The notes below the pieces were generated by a model, which saw nothing but the letters and a program-made list of their open reading frames with translations, did no database searches and had not been told where the DNA came from. This document shows, piece after piece, positions 13,595 through 30,426 of a stretch of 64,000 nt of DNA (position 1 is the stretch's first letter; every line of letters begins with the position of its first letter). Where the stretch lies: assembly GCF_009914755.1 (NCBI RefSeq), contig NC_060939.1. One strand, written 5' to 3'. The position numbers and the translations under genes were made by a program. The DNA comes from the human T2T-CHM13v2.0 reference genome, Homo sapiens.

Positions 13595-15736
13595 TTATAT
13601 ATGATATATGTTATATGTTATGTAATATGCTTTATATGTAATATATAACCTCATATATATTATATGTCATAATATATAATAGTTATCCTGTGTCATATTA
13701 TATATATTATATATTTCATAACATATATAATATATAATACATATTATACATCTTATATATGAAAATATGTAATTAGAGATAAAATAACATATAGTTATAT
13801 ATAATATGATATATAACATATATACTATATCATATATGATATATAATATATAATTTTTTATTGCATATTATAATTCATATATATTATAATTTATATAATG
13901 ATATAATTATTTATATAATATAAATAATTATACATGATTATATAATTATATATAATATAAATAATAATATATATAATTACATATTCATATCGTTATATAT
14001 AATAATACATTTCATATGTAATTATATATATCATATAATAGACAACACACCTAATATATAATATATAATATATATTATACAATATAGGATACAAAAGATG
14101 TATGATATATAAGATATCATAATATAATATATATTTTAACATTATGTATGTAACATGTAATATGTGATATATAAAATAAATTATGTAATATAAAATAATA
14201 TAATATAATATATACTATATTAAGGTATATTATGTAAAGTATGTAATAAAATTATAAGTAACATAATATATAGTTATATATATTATCTTATGTATTTACA
14301 TAGAGTATTATACAGTTATATATAATTTTAAATTGTTATATATAATTTAATATAAAACAAATATAATATACATCATAACATATATATTGTATACCATATA
14401 TATATTATGTATCATATATTGTATGTTATATATCATATATTGTATATCATATATTATATGTTATATGTATCACATTCCACATTTTGTATATTATAAATTA
14501 TATACAATATATGACATATATTATATTATATATAATAAATTATACATTATATGTAACATAGTATATATTATATGTAACATGTATATTCTATGTAAAATAT
14601 ATAATATATAACATATTACATATAATTAATAACATAGACATATAATATATATTTAACATATGTACTATATATACAACGTATTATACATATACTATATAAT
14701 ATATATTATATATATGGCATAAAATATAATATATATTATATGTCATATTTTATATATACAATTATATATTATTATATGTTATTTTATATTATCTATAACA
14801 TAGATATAATATATATACCTATAATGTATATTACATATAACGTAGATATTATATATAATATATATAATGTATATTATATATAACGTAGATATTATATATA
14901 ATATATATAATGTATATTATATATTTAATACGTATATTAACCATATAATATATTCTATATATGATATATAATATATATTATATATGTCATAAAACATAAT
15001 ATATAATATATGTCATTGTATAAATATAATACTTATATATTATCAATTATTATATTACATTTAATATATATAATATAAGATGCAGGATGTGAGACAATAT
15101 TATATATATGTTATTTATATTATATATATGATACTATATATTATTGTATACATAATGTGTATATATATTTGTGGGTGCCCTATTTCCCATCTCATAACTT
15201 GTTTTAAGAAGCGCAGCATAATAATGTGTGGGCTTGGGATTCAGTTTTTGAAACAAAACACTGAGCCTTCAATGACCTTTCGGTCTATGTAGAAGCGCTC
15301 CTGTCTTCGTGGCAGCAGTTGGACCTCACAATGTGGATTGTGCCGTCACCCTGCAATGTTTATGCCCTATCGCCATGGTGACGGGATTAGGGATCTCCTG
15401 CTCTTGGTCCTAAAGGCCACTGTCTGTGCTGTGTTTTTCAAAGGTCAGCACAGAGTGAACCTTTGTGGTTTTATTTTCCCTGAGTTTGATTTGTCTCATG
15501 GGGAACCTGTGGTGCTGCTTTGAAGGTATATTCATACTGGCCTTTCAAATGCCAACTCTTCAAATTACTAGTTAATGCTTTCAAAGTATGTTATTTCAAA
15601 AATTATCCTCTGTATTTTCCATATGCAGTTATAAATATGTTTCATGGTTATGTTTCATTCCTCAGTTTATATATTTGATTATTGTACCAAGCAGAGTACC
15701 TTTGAAATTTTTTTTCATCTAAAAAATATGTAAATT

Positions 15737-16027
15737 AGCTCAGGCCTGTAATCCCAGCAAATTTGGAGGCCAAGGCAAGGGGATCACAAGGTAAAGAGAT
15801 CAAGACCATCCTGGCCAATACAGTGAAACGCTGTCACTACTAAAAATCCAAAAAATTAGCTAGGCATTGTGGCAGCTGGTGTAGTCCCAGTGTGGTGTAG
15901 TCCAAGCTACCTGGGAGGCTGAGGGAGGGCAATCGCTTGAACCCGTGAGGCAGATGTTGCAGTGAGCAAATTTGGTGCCATTGTACTCCACCCTGTGCAA
16001 CAGGACAACACTCTGTCTAAAAAAAAA
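15737..16027 (+). mobile_element. Alu relic in monomer U7
   Basis: Same Alu at the same monomer offset. Confidence 0.92.
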
Positions 16028-18176
16028 TTATATATGATATATGTTATATGTTATGTAATATGCTTTATATGTAATATATAACCTCATATATATTATATGT
16101 CATAATATATAATAGTTATCCTGTGTCATATTATATATATTATATATTTCATAACATATATAATATATAATACATATTATACATCTTATATATGAAAATA
16201 TGTAATTAGAGATAAAATAACATATAGTTATATATAATATGATATATAACATATATACTATATCATATATGATATATAATATATAATTTTTTATTGCATA
16301 TTATAATTCATATATATTATAATTTATATAATGATATAATTATTTATATAATATAAATAATTATACATGCTTATATAATTATATATAATATAAATAATAA
16401 TATATATAATTACATATTCATATCGTTATATATAATAATACATTTCATATGTAATTATATATATCATATAATAGACAACACACCTAATATATAATATATA
16501 ATATATATTATACAATATAGGATACAAAAGATGTATGATATATAAGATATCATAATATAATATATATTTTAACATTATGTATGTAACATGTAATATATGA
16601 TATATAAAATAAATTATGTAATAAAAAATAATATAATATAATATATACTATATTAAGGTATATTATGTAAAGTATGTAATAAAATTATAAGTAACATAAT
16701 ATATAGTTATATATATTATCTTATGTATTTACATAGAGTATTATACAGTTATATATAATTTTATATTGTTATATATAATTTAATATAAAACAAATATAAT
16801 ATATATCATAACATATATATTGTATACCATATATATATTATGTATCATATATTGTATGTTATATATTATATATTCTATATCATATATCATATATTATATG
16901 TTATATATATCACATTCCACATTTTGTATATTATAAATTATATACAATATATGACATATATTATATTATATATAATAAATTATACATTATATGTAACATA
17001 GTATATATTATATGTAACATGTATATTCTATGTAAAATATATAATATATAACATATAACATATAATTAATAACATAGACATATAATATATATTTAATATA
17101 TGTACTATATATACAACGTATTATACATATACTATATAATATATATTATATATATGGCATAAAATATAATATATATTATATGTCATATTTTATATATACA
17201 ATTATATATTATTATATGTTATTTTATATTATGTATAACATAGATATAATATATATACCTATAATGTATATTACATATAACGTAGATATTATATATAATA
17301 TATATAATGTATATTATATATAACGTAGATATTATATATAATATATATAATGTATATTATATATTTAATACGTATATTAACCATATAATATATTCTATAT
17401 ATGATATATAATATATATTATATATGTCATAAAACATAATATATAATATATGTCATTGTATAAATATAATACTTATATATTATCAATTATTATATTACAT
17501 TTAATATATATAATATAAGATGCAGGATGTGAGACAATATTATATATATGTTATTTATATTATATATATGATACTATATATTATTGTATACATAATGTGT
17601 ATATATATTTGTGGGTGCCCTATTTCCCATCTCATAACTTGTTTTAAGAAGCGCAGCATAATAATGTGTGGGCTTGGGATTCAGTTTTTGAAACAAAACA
17701 CTGAGCCTTCAATGACCTTTCGGTCTATGTAGAAGCGCTCCTGTCTTCGTGGCAGCAGTTGGACCTCACAATGTGGATTGTGCCGTCACCCTGCAATGTT
17801 TATGCCCTATCGCCATGGTGACGGGATTAGGGATCTCCTGCTCTTGGTCCTAAAGGCCACTGTCTGTGCTGTGTTTTTCAAAGGTCAGCACAGAGTGAAC
17901 CTTTGTGGTTTTATTTTCCCTGAGTTTGATTTTTCTCATGGGGAACCTGTGGTGCTGCTTTGAAGGTATATTCATACTGGCCTTTCAAATGCCAACTCTT
18001 CAAATTACTAGTTAATGCTTTCAAAGTATGTTATTTCAAAAATTATCCTCCGTATTTTCCATATGCAGTTATAAATATGTTTCATGGTTATGTTTCATTC
18101 CTCAGTTTATATATTTGATTATTGTACCAAGCAGAGTACCTTTGAAATTTTTTTTCATCTAAAAAATATGTAAATT

Positions 18177-18467
18177 AGCTCAGGCCTGTAATCCCAGCAA
18201 ATTTGGAGGCCAAGGCAAGGGGATCACAAGGTAAAGAGATCAAGACCATCCTGGCCAATACAGTGAAACGCTGTCACTACGAAAAATCCAAAAAATTAGC
18301 TAGGCATTGTGGCAGCTGGTGTAGTCCCAGTGTGGTGTAGTCCAAGCTACCTGGGAGGCTGAGGGAGGGCAATCGCTTGAACCCGTGAGGCAGATGTTGC
18401 AGTGAGCAAATTTGGTGCCATTGTACTCCACCCTGTGCAACAGGACAACACTCTGTCTAAAAAAAAA
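18177..18467 (+). mobile_element. Alu relic in monomer U8
   Basis: Same Alu; private T>G at 18281 in the linker (CTACGAAAA). Confidence 0.92.
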
Positions 18468-20616
18468 TTATATGTGATATATGTTATATGTTATGTAATA
18501 TGCTTTATATGTAATATATAACCTCATATATATTATATGTCATAATATATAATAGTTATCCTGTGTCATATTATATATATTATATATTTCATAACATATA
18601 TAATATATAATACATATTATACATCTTATATATGAAAATATGTAATTAGAGATAAAATAACATATAGTTATATATAATATGATATATAACATATATACTA
18701 TATCATATATGATATATAATATATAATTTTTTATTGCATATTATAATTCATATATATTATAATTTATATAATGATATAATTATTTATATAATATAAATAA
18801 TTATACATGATTATATAATTATATATAATATAAATAATAATATATATAATTACATATTCATATCGTTATATATAATAATACATTTCATATGTAATTATAT
18901 ATATCATATAATAGACAACACACCTAATATATAATATATAATATATATTATACAATATAGGATACAAAAGATGTATGATATATAAGATATCATAATATAA
19001 TATATATTTTAACATTATGTATGTAACATGTAATATGTGATATATAAAATAAATTATGTAATATAAAATAATATAATATAATATATACTATATTAAGGTA
19101 TATTATGTAAAGTATGTAATAAAATTATAAGTAACATAATATATAGTTATATATATTATCTTATGTATTTACATAGAGTATTATACAGTTATATATAATT
19201 TTAAATTGTTATATATAATTTAATATAAAACAAATATAATATATATCATAACATATATATTGTATACCATATATATATTATGTATCATATATTGTATGTT
19301 ATATATTATATATTCTATATCATATATCATATATTATATGTTATATATATCACATTCCACATTTTGTATATTATAAATTATATACAATATATGACATATA
19401 TTATATTATATATAATAAATTATACATTATATGTAACATAGTATATATTATATGTAACATGTATATTCTATGTAAAATATATAATATATAACATATTACA
19501 TATAATTAATAACATAGACATATAATATATGTTTAACATATGTACTATATATACAACGTATTATACATATACTATATAATATATATTATATATATGGCAT
19601 AAAATATAATATATATTATATGTCATATTTTATATATACAATTATATATTATTATATGTTATTTTATATTATGTATAACATAGATATAATATATATACCT
19701 ATAATGTATATTACATATAACGTAGATATTATATATAATATATATAATGTATATTATATATAACGTAGATATTATATATAATATATATAATGTATATTAT
19801 ATATTTAATACGTATATTAACCATATAATATATTCTATATATGATATATAATATATATTATATATGTCATAAAATATAATATATATTATATGTCATTGTA
19901 TAAATATAATACTTATATACTATCAATTATTATATTACATTTAATATATATAATATAAGATGCAGGATGTGAAACAATATTATATATATGTTATTTATAT
20001 TATATATATGATACTATATATTATTGTATACATAATGTGTATATATATTTGTGGGTGCCCTATTTCCCATCTCATAACTTGTTTTAAGAAGCGCAGCATA
20101 ATAATGTGTGGGCTTGGGATTCAGTTTTTGAAACAAAACACTGAGCCTTCAATGACCTTTCGGTCTATGTAGAAGCGCTCCTGTCTTCGTGGCAGCAGTT
20201 GGACCTCACAATGTGGATTGTGCCGTCACCCTGCAATGTTTATGCCCTATCGCCATGGTGACGGGATTAGGGATCTCCTGCTCTTGGTCCTAAAGGCCAC
20301 TGTCTGTGCTGTGTTTTTCAAAGGTCAGCACAGAGTGAACCTTTGTGGTTTTATTTTCCCTGAGTTTGATTTTTCTCATGGGGAACCTGTGGTGCTGCTT
20401 TGAAGGTATATTCATACTGGCCTTTCAAATGCCAACTCTTCAAATTACTAGTTAATGCTTTCAAAGTATGTTATTTCAAAAATTATCCTCCGTATTTTCC
20501 ATATGCAGTTATAAATATGTTTCATGGTTATGTTTCATTCCTCAGTTTATATATTTGATTATTGTACCAAGCAGAGTACCTTTGAAATTTTTTTTCATCT
20601 AAAAAATATGTAAATT

Positions 20617-20907
20617 AGCTCAGGCCTGTAATCCCAGCAAATTTGGAGGCCAAGGCAAGGGGATCACAAGGTAAAGAGATCAAGACCATCCTGGCCAATA
20701 CAGTGAAACGCTGTCACTACTAAAAATCCAAAAAATTAGCTAGGCATTGTGGCAGCTGGTGTAGTCCCAGTGTGGTGTAGTCCAAGCTACCTGGGAGGCT
20801 GAGGGAGGGCAATCGCTTGAACCCGTGAGGCAGATGTTGCAGTGAGCAAATTTGGTGCCATTGTACTCCACCCTGTGCAACAGGACAACACTCTGTCTAA
20901 AAAAAAA
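20617..20907 (+). mobile_element. Alu relic in monomer U9
   Basis: Same Alu at the same monomer offset. Confidence 0.92.
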
Positions 20908-23048
20908 TTATATATGATATATGTTATATGTTATGTAATATGCTTTATATGTAATATATAACCTCATATATATTATATGTCATAATATATAATATTTATC
21001 CTGTGTCATATTATATATATTATATATTTCATAACATATATAATATATAATACATATTATACATCTTATATATGAAAATATGTAATTAGAGATAAAATAA
21101 CATATAGTTATATATAATATGATATATAACATATATACTATATCATATATGATATATAATATATTTTTATTACATATTAAAATTCATATATATTATAATT
21201 TATATAATGATATAATTATTTATATAATATAAATAATTATACATAATTATATAATTATATATAATATAAATAATAATATATATAATTACATATTCATATC
21301 GTTATATATAATAATACATTTCATATGTAATTATATATATCATATAATAGACAACACACCTAATATATAATATATAATATATATTATACAATATAGGATA
21401 CATAATATGTATGATATATAAGATATCATAATATAATATATATTTTAACATTATGTATGTAACATGTAATATGTGATATATAAAATAAATTATGTAATAT
21501 AAAATAATATAATATAATATATACTATATTAAGGTATATTATGTAAAGTATGTAATAAAATTATAAGTAACATAATATATAGTTATATATATTATCTTAT
21601 GTATTTACATAGAGTATTATACAGTTATATATAATTTTAAATTGTTATATATAATTTAATATAAAACAAATATAATATACATCATAAAATATATATTGTA
21701 TACCATATATATTATGTATCATATATTGTATGTTATATATCATATATTGTATATCATATATCATATATTATATGTTATATGTATCACATTCCACATTTTG
21801 TATATTATAAATTATATACAATATATGACATATATTATATTATATATAATAAATTATACATTATATGTAACATAGTATATATTATATGTAACATGTATAT
21901 TCTATGTAAAATATATAATATATAACATATTACATATAATTAATAACATAGACATATAATATATATTTAATATATGTACTATATATACAACGTATTATAC
22001 ATACTCTATATAATATATATTCTATATATGGCATAAAATATAATATATATTATATGTCATATTTCATATATACAATTATATATTATTATATGTTATTTTA
22101 TATTATATATAACATAGATATAATATATATACCTATAATGTATATTACATATAACGTAGATATTATATATAATATATAATGTATATTATATATAACGTAG
22201 ATATTATATATAATATATATAATGTATATTATATATTTAATACGTATATTAACCATATAATATATTCTATATATGATATATAATATATATTATATATGTC
22301 ATAAAATATAATATATATTATATGTCATTGTATAAATATAATACTTATATATTATAAATTATTATATTACATTTAATATATATAATATAAGATGCAGGAT
22401 GTGAAACAATATTATATATATGTTATTTATATTATATATATGATACTATATATTATTGTATACATAATGTGTATATATATTTGTGGGTGCCCTATTTCCC
22501 ATCTCATAACTAGTTTTAAGAAGCGCAGCATAATAATGTGTGGGCTTGGGATTCAGTTTTTGAAACAAAACACTGAGCCTTCAATGACCTTTCGGTCTAT
22601 GTAGAAGCGCTCCTGTCTTCGTGGCAGCAGTTGGACCTCACAATGTGGATTGTGCCGTCACCCTGCAATGTTTATGCCCTATCGCCATGGTGATGGGATT
22701 AGGGATCTCCTGCTCTTGGTCCTAAAGGCCACTGTCTGTGCTGTGTTTTTCAAAGGTCAGTAGAGAGTGAACCTTTGTGGTTTTATTTTCCCTGAGTTTG
22801 ATTTTTCTCATGGGGAACCTGTGGTGCTGCTTTGAAGGTATATTCATACTGTCCTTTCAAATGCCAACTCTTCAAATTACTAGTTAATGCTTTCAAAGTA
22901 TGTTATTTCAAAAATTATCCTCTGTATTTTCCATATGCAGTTATAAATATGTTTCATGGTTATGTTTCATTCCTCAGTTTATATATTTGATTATTGTACC
23001 ACGCAGAGTACCTTTGAAATTTTTTTTCATCTAAAAAATATGTAAATT

Positions 23049-23339
23049 AGCTCAGGCCTGTAATCCCAGCAAATTTGGAGGCCAAGGCAAGGGGATCACA
23101 AGGTAAAGAGATCAAGACCATCCTGGCCAATACAGTGAAAGGCTGTCACTACTAAAAATCCAAAAAATTAGCTAGGCATTGTGGCAGCTGGTGTAGTCCC
23201 AGTGTGGTGTAGTCCAAGCTACCTGGGAGGCTGAGGGAGGGCAATCGCTTGAACCCGTGAGGCAGATGTTGCAGTGAGCAAATTTGGTGCCATTGTACTC
23301 CACCCTGTGCAACAGGACAACACTCTGTCTAAAAAAAAA
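23049..23339 (+). mobile_element. Alu relic in monomer U10
   Basis: Same Alu; C>G at 23141 (GAAAGGCTG). Confidence 0.92.
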
Positions 23340-23458
23340 TTATATATGATATATGTTATATGTTATGTAATATGCTTTATATGTAATATATAACCTCATA
23401 TATATTATATGTCATAATATATAATATTTATCCTGTCTCATATTATATATATTATATA

Positions 23459-23530
23459 TTTCATAACATATATAATATATAATACATATTATATATTTCA
23501 TAACATATATAATATATAATACATATTATA
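23459..23530 (+). repeat. 37 bp tandem duplication in the AT-rich segment of U10
   Basis: TTTCATAACATATATAATATATAATACATATTATA at 23459 and 23496; accounts for 2477 = 2440+37. Confidence 0.9.
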
Positions 23531-25525
23531 CATCTTATATATGAAAATATGTAATTAGGGATAAAATAACATATAGTTATATATAATATGATATATAACA
23601 TATATACTATATCATATATGATATATAATATATAATTTTTTATTACATATCATAATTCATATATATTATAATTTATATAATGATATAATTATTTATATAA
23701 TATAAATAATTATACATAATTATATAATTATATATAATATAAATAATAATGTATATAATTTCATATTCTTATCGTTATATATAATAATACATTTCATATG
23801 TAATTATATATATCATATAATAGACAACACACCTAATATATAATATATAATATATATTATACAATATAGGATACATAATATGTATGATATATAAGATATC
23901 ATAATATAATATATATTTTAACATTATGTATGTAACATGTAATATGTGATATTTAAAATAAATTATGTAATATAAAATAATATAATATAATATATACTAT
24001 ATTAAGGTATATTATGTAAAGTATGTAATAAAATTATAAGTAACATAATATATAGTTATATATATTATCTTATGTATTTACATAGAGTATTATACAGTTA
24101 TATATAATTTTAAATTGTTATATATAATTTAATATAAAACAAATATAATATACATCATAAAATATATATTGTATACGATATATATATTATGTATCATATA
24201 TTGTATGTTATATATCATATATTGTATATCATATATCATTTATTATATGTTATATGTATCACATTCCACATTTTGTATATTATAAATTATATACAATATA
24301 TGACATATATTATATTATATATAATAAATTATACATTATATATAACATAGTATATATTATATGTAACATGTATATTCTATGTAAAATATATAATATATAA
24401 CATATTACATATAATTAATAACATAGACATATAATATATATTTAATAAATGTACTATATATACAACGTATTATACATATACTATATAATATATATTATAT
24501 ATATGGCATAAAATATAATATATATTATATGTCATATTTTATATATACAATTATATATTATTATATGTTATTTTATATTATGTATAACATAGATATAATA
24601 TATATACCTATAATGTATATTACATATAACGTAGATATTATATATAATATATATAATGTATATTATATATAACGTAGATATTATATATAATATATATAAT
24701 GTATATTATATATTTAATACGTATATTAACCATATAATATATTCTATATATGATATATAATATATATTATATATGTCATAAAATATAATATATATTATAT
24801 GTCATTGTATAAATATAATACTTATATATTATCAATTATTATATTACATTTAATATATATAATATAAGATGCAGGATGTGAAACAATATTATATATATGT
24901 TATTTATATTATATATATGATACTATATATTATTGTATACATAATGTGTATATATATTTGTGGGTGCCCTATTTCCCATCTCATAACTTGTTTTAAGAAG
25001 CGCAGCATAATAATGTGTGGGCTTGGGATTCAGTTTTTGAAACAAAACACTGAGCCTTCAATGACCTTTCGGTCTATGTAGAAGCGCTCCTGTCTTCGTG
25101 GCAGCAGTTGGACCTCACAATGTGGATTGTGCCGTCACCCTGCAATGTTTATGCCCTATCGCCATGGTGACGGGATTAGGGATCTCCTGCTCTTGGTCCT
25201 AAAGGCCACTGTCTGTGCTGTGTTTTTCAAAGGTCAGCACAGAGTGAACCTTTGTGGTTTTATTTTCCCTGAGTTTGATTTTTCTCATGGGGAACCTGTG
25301 GTGCTGCTTTGAAGGTATATTCATACTGGCCTTTCAAATGCCAACTCTTCAAATTACTAGTTAATGCTTTCAAAGTATGTTATTTCAAAAATTATCCTCC
25401 GTATTTTCCATATGCAGTTATAAATATGTTTCATGGTTATGTTTCATTCCTCAGTTTATATATTTGATTATTGTACCAAGCAGAGTACCTTTGAAATTTT
25501 TTTTCATCTAAAAAATATGTAAATT

Positions 25526-25816
25526 AGCTCAGGCCTGTAATCCCAGCAAATTTGGAGGCCAAGGCAAGGGGATCACAAGGTAAAGAGATCAAGACCATCC
25601 TGGCCAATACAGTGAAAGGCTGTCACTACTAAAAATCCAAAAAATTAGCTAGGCATTGTGGCAGCTGGTGTAGTCCCAGTGTGGTGTAGTCCAAGCTACC
25701 TGGGAGGCTGAGGGAGGGCAATCGCTTGAACCCGTGAGGCAGATGTTGCAGTGAGCAAATTTGGTGCCATTGTACTCCACCCTGTGCAACAGGACAACAC
25801 TCTGTCTAAAAAAAAA
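25526..25816 (+). mobile_element. Alu relic in monomer U11
   Basis: Same Alu; C>G at 25618 shared with U10. Confidence 0.92.
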
Positions 25817-25935
25817 TTATATATGATATATGTTATATGTTATGTAATATGCTTTATATGTAATATATAACCTCATATATATTATATGTCATAATATATA
25901 ATAGTTATCCTGTGTCATATTATATATATTATATA

Positions 25936-26007
25936 TTTCATAACATATATAATATATAATACATATTATATATTTCATAACATATATAATATATAATACA
26001 TATTATA
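25936..26007 (+). repeat. 37 bp tandem duplication in the AT-rich segment of U11
   Basis: The same duplication, with copies at 25936 and 25973. Confidence 0.9.
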
Positions 26008-27999
26008 CATCTTATATATGAAAATATGTAATTAGAGATAAAATAACATATAGTTATATATAATATGATATATAACATATATACTATATCATATATGATA
26101 TATAATATATAATTTTTTATTACATATCATAATTCATATATATTATAATTTATATAATGATATAATTATTTATATAATATAAATAATTATACATGATTAT
26201 ATAATTATATATAATATAAATAATAATGTATATAATTTCATATTCTTATCGTTATATATAATAATACATTTCATATGTAATTATATATATCATATAATAG
26301 ACAACACACCTAATATATAATATATAATATATATTATACAATATAGGATACATAATATGTATGATATATAAGATATCATAATATAATATATATTTTAACA
26401 TTATGTATGTAACATGTAATATGTGATATTTAAAATAAATTATGTAATATAAAATAATATAATATAATATATACTATATTAAGGTATATTACGTAAAGTA
26501 TGTAATAAAATTATAAGTAACATAATATATAGTTATATATATTATCTTATGTATTTACATAGAGTATTATACAGTTAAATATAATTTTAAATTGTTATAT
26601 ATAATTTAATATAAAACAAATATAATATACATCATAAAATATATATTGTATACCATATATATATTATGTATCATATATTGTATGTTATATATCATATATT
26701 GTATATCATATATCATATATTATATGTTATATGTATCACATTCCACATTTTGTATATTATAAATTATATACAATATATGACATATATTATATTATATATA
26801 ATAAATTATACATTATATATAACATAGTATATATTATATGTAACATGTATATTCTATGTAAAATATATAATATATAACATATTACATATAATTAATAACA
26901 TAGACATATAATATATATTTAATATATGTACTATATATACAACGTATTATACATATACTATATAATATATATTATATATATGGCATAAAATATAATATAT
27001 ATTATATGTCATATTTTATATATACAATTATATATTATTATATGTTATTTTATATTATCTATAACATAGATATAATATATATACCTATAATGTATATTAC
27101 ATATAACGTAGATATTATATATAATATATATAATGTATATTATATATAACGTAGATATTATATATAATATATAATGTATATTATATATTTAATACGTATA
27201 TTAACCATATAATATATTCTATATATGATATATAATATATATTATATATGTCATAAAACATAATATATAATATATGTCATTGTATAAATATAATACTTAT
27301 ATATTATCAATTATTATATTACATTTAATATATATAATATAAGATGCAGGATGTGAGACAATATTATATATATGTTATTTATATTATATATATGATACTA
27401 TATATTATTGTATACATAATGTGTATATATATTTGTGGGTGCCCTATTTCCCATCTCATAACTTGTTTTAAGAAGCGCAGCATAATAATGTGTGGGCTTG
27501 GGATTCAGTTTTTGAAACAAAACACTGAGCCTTCAATGACCTTTCGGTCTATGTAGAAGCGCTCCTGTCTTCGTGGCAGCAGTTGGACCTCACAATGTGG
27601 ATTGTGCCGTCACCCTGCAATGTTTATGCCCTATCGCCATGGTGACGGGATTAGGGATCTCCTGCTCTTGGTCCTAAAGGCCACTGTCTGTGCTGTGTTT
27701 TTCAAAGGTCAGCACAGAGTGAACCTTTGTGGTTTTATTTTCCCTGAGTTTGATTTTTCTCATGGGGAACCTGTGGTGCTGCTTTGAAGGTATATTCATA
27801 CTGGCCTTTCAAATGCCAACTCTTCAAATTACTAGTTAATGCTTTCAAAGTATGTTATTTCAAAAATTATCCTCCGTATTTTCCATATGCAGTTATAAAT
27901 ATGTTTCATGGTTATGTTTCATTCCTCAGTTTATATATTTGATTATTGTACCAAGCAGAGTACCTTTGAAATTTTTTTTATCTAAAAAATATGTAAATT

Positions 28000-28290
28000 A
28001 GCTCAGGCCTGTAATCCCAGCAAATTTGGAGGCCAAGGCAAGGGGATCACAAGGTAAAGAGATCAAGACCATCCTGGCCAATACAGTGAAACGCTGTCAC
28101 TACTAAAAATCCAAAAAATTAGCTAGGCATTGTGGCAGCTGGTGTAGTCCCAGTGTGGTGTAGTCCAAGCTACCTGGGAGGCTGAGGGAGGGCAATCGCT
28201 TGAACCCGTGAGGCAGATGTTGCAGTGAGCAAATTTGGTGCCATTGTACTCCACCCTGTGCAACAGGACAACACTCTGTCTAAAAAAAAA
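28000..28290 (+). mobile_element. Alu relic in monomer U12
   Basis: Same Alu; offset shifted by a 1 bp upstream deletion. Confidence 0.92.
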
Positions 28291-30426
28291 TTATATATGA
28301 TATATGTTATATGTTATGTAATATGCTTTATATGTAATATATAACCTCATATATATTATATGTCATAATATATAATAGTTATCCTGTGTCATATTATATA
28401 TATTATATATTTCATAACATATATAATATATAATACATATTATACATCTTATATATGAAAATATGTAATTAGAGATAAAATAACATATAGTTATATATAA
28501 TATGATATATAACATATATACTATATCATATATGATATATAATATATAATTTTTTATTGCATATTATAATTCATATATATTATAATTTATATAATGATAT
28601 AATTATTTATATAATATAAATAATTATACATGCTTATATAATTATATATAATATAAATAATAATATATATAATTACATATTCATATCGTTATATATAATA
28701 ATACATTTCATATGTAATTATATATATCATATAATAGACAACACACCTAATATATAATACATAATATATATTATACAATATAGGATGCAAAAGATGTATG
28801 ATATATAAGATATCATAATATAATATATATTTTAACATTATGTATGTAACATGTAATATGTGATATATAAAATAAATTATGTAATATAAAATAATATAAT
28901 ATATACTATATTAAGGTATATTATGTAAAGTATGTAATAAAATTATAAGTAACATAATATATAGTTATATATATTATCTTATGTATTTACATAGAGTATT
29001 ATACAGTTATATATAATTTTAAATTGTTATATATAATTTAATATAAAACAAATATAATATACATCATAACATATATATTGTATACCATATATATATTATG
29101 TATCATATATTGTATGTTATATATCATATATTGTATATCATATATTATATGTTATATGTATCACATTCCACATTTTGTATATTATAAATTATATACAATA
29201 TATGACATATATTATATTATATATAATAAATTATACATTATATGTAACATAGTATATATTATATGTAACATGTATATTCTATGTAAAATATATAATATAT
29301 AACATATTACATATAATTAATAACATAGACATATAATATATATTTAACATATGTACTATATATACAACGTATTATACATATACTATATAATATATATTAT
29401 ATATATGGCATAAAATATAATATATATTATATGTCATATTTTATATATACAATTATATATTATTATATGTTATTTTATATTATCTATAACATAGATATAA
29501 TATATATACCTATAATGTATATTACATATAACGTAGATATTATATATAATATATATAATGTATATTATATATAACGTAGATATTAGATATAATATATATA
29601 ATGTATATTATATATTTAATACGTATATTAACCATATAATATATTCTATATATGATATATAATATATATTATATATGTCATAAAACATAATATATAATAT
29701 ATGTCATTGTATAAATATAATACTTATATATTATCAATTATTATATTACATTTAATATATATAATATAAGATGCAGGATGTGAGACAATATTATATATAT
29801 GTTATTTATATTATATATATGATACTATATATTATTGTATACATAATGTGTATATATATTTGTGGGTGCCCTATTTCCCATCTCATAACTTGTTTTAAGA
29901 AGCGCAGCATAATAATGTGTGGGCTTGGGATTCAGTTTTTGAAACAAAACACTGAGCCTTCAATGACCTTTCGGTCTATGTAGAAGCGCTCCTGTCTTCG
30001 TGGCAGCAGTTGGACCTCACAATGTGGATTGTGCCGTCACCCTGCAATGTTTATGCCCTATCGCCATGGTGACGGGATTAGGGATCTCCTGCTCTTGGTC
30101 CTAAAGGCCACTGTCTGTGCTGTGTTTTTCAAAGGTCAGCACAGAGTGAACCTTTGTGGTTTTATTTTCCCTGAGTTTGATTTTTCTCATGGGGAACCTG
30201 TGGTGCTGCTTTGAAGGTATATTCATACTGGCCTTTCAAATGCCAACTCTTCAAATTACTAGTTAATGCTTTCAAAGTATGTTATTTCAAAAATTATCCT
30301 CCGTATTTTCCATATGCAGTTATAAATATGTTTCATGGTTATGTTTCATTCCTCAGTTTATATATTTGATTATTGTACCAAGCAGAGTACCTTTGAAATT
30401 TTTTTTATCTAAAAAATATGTAAATT

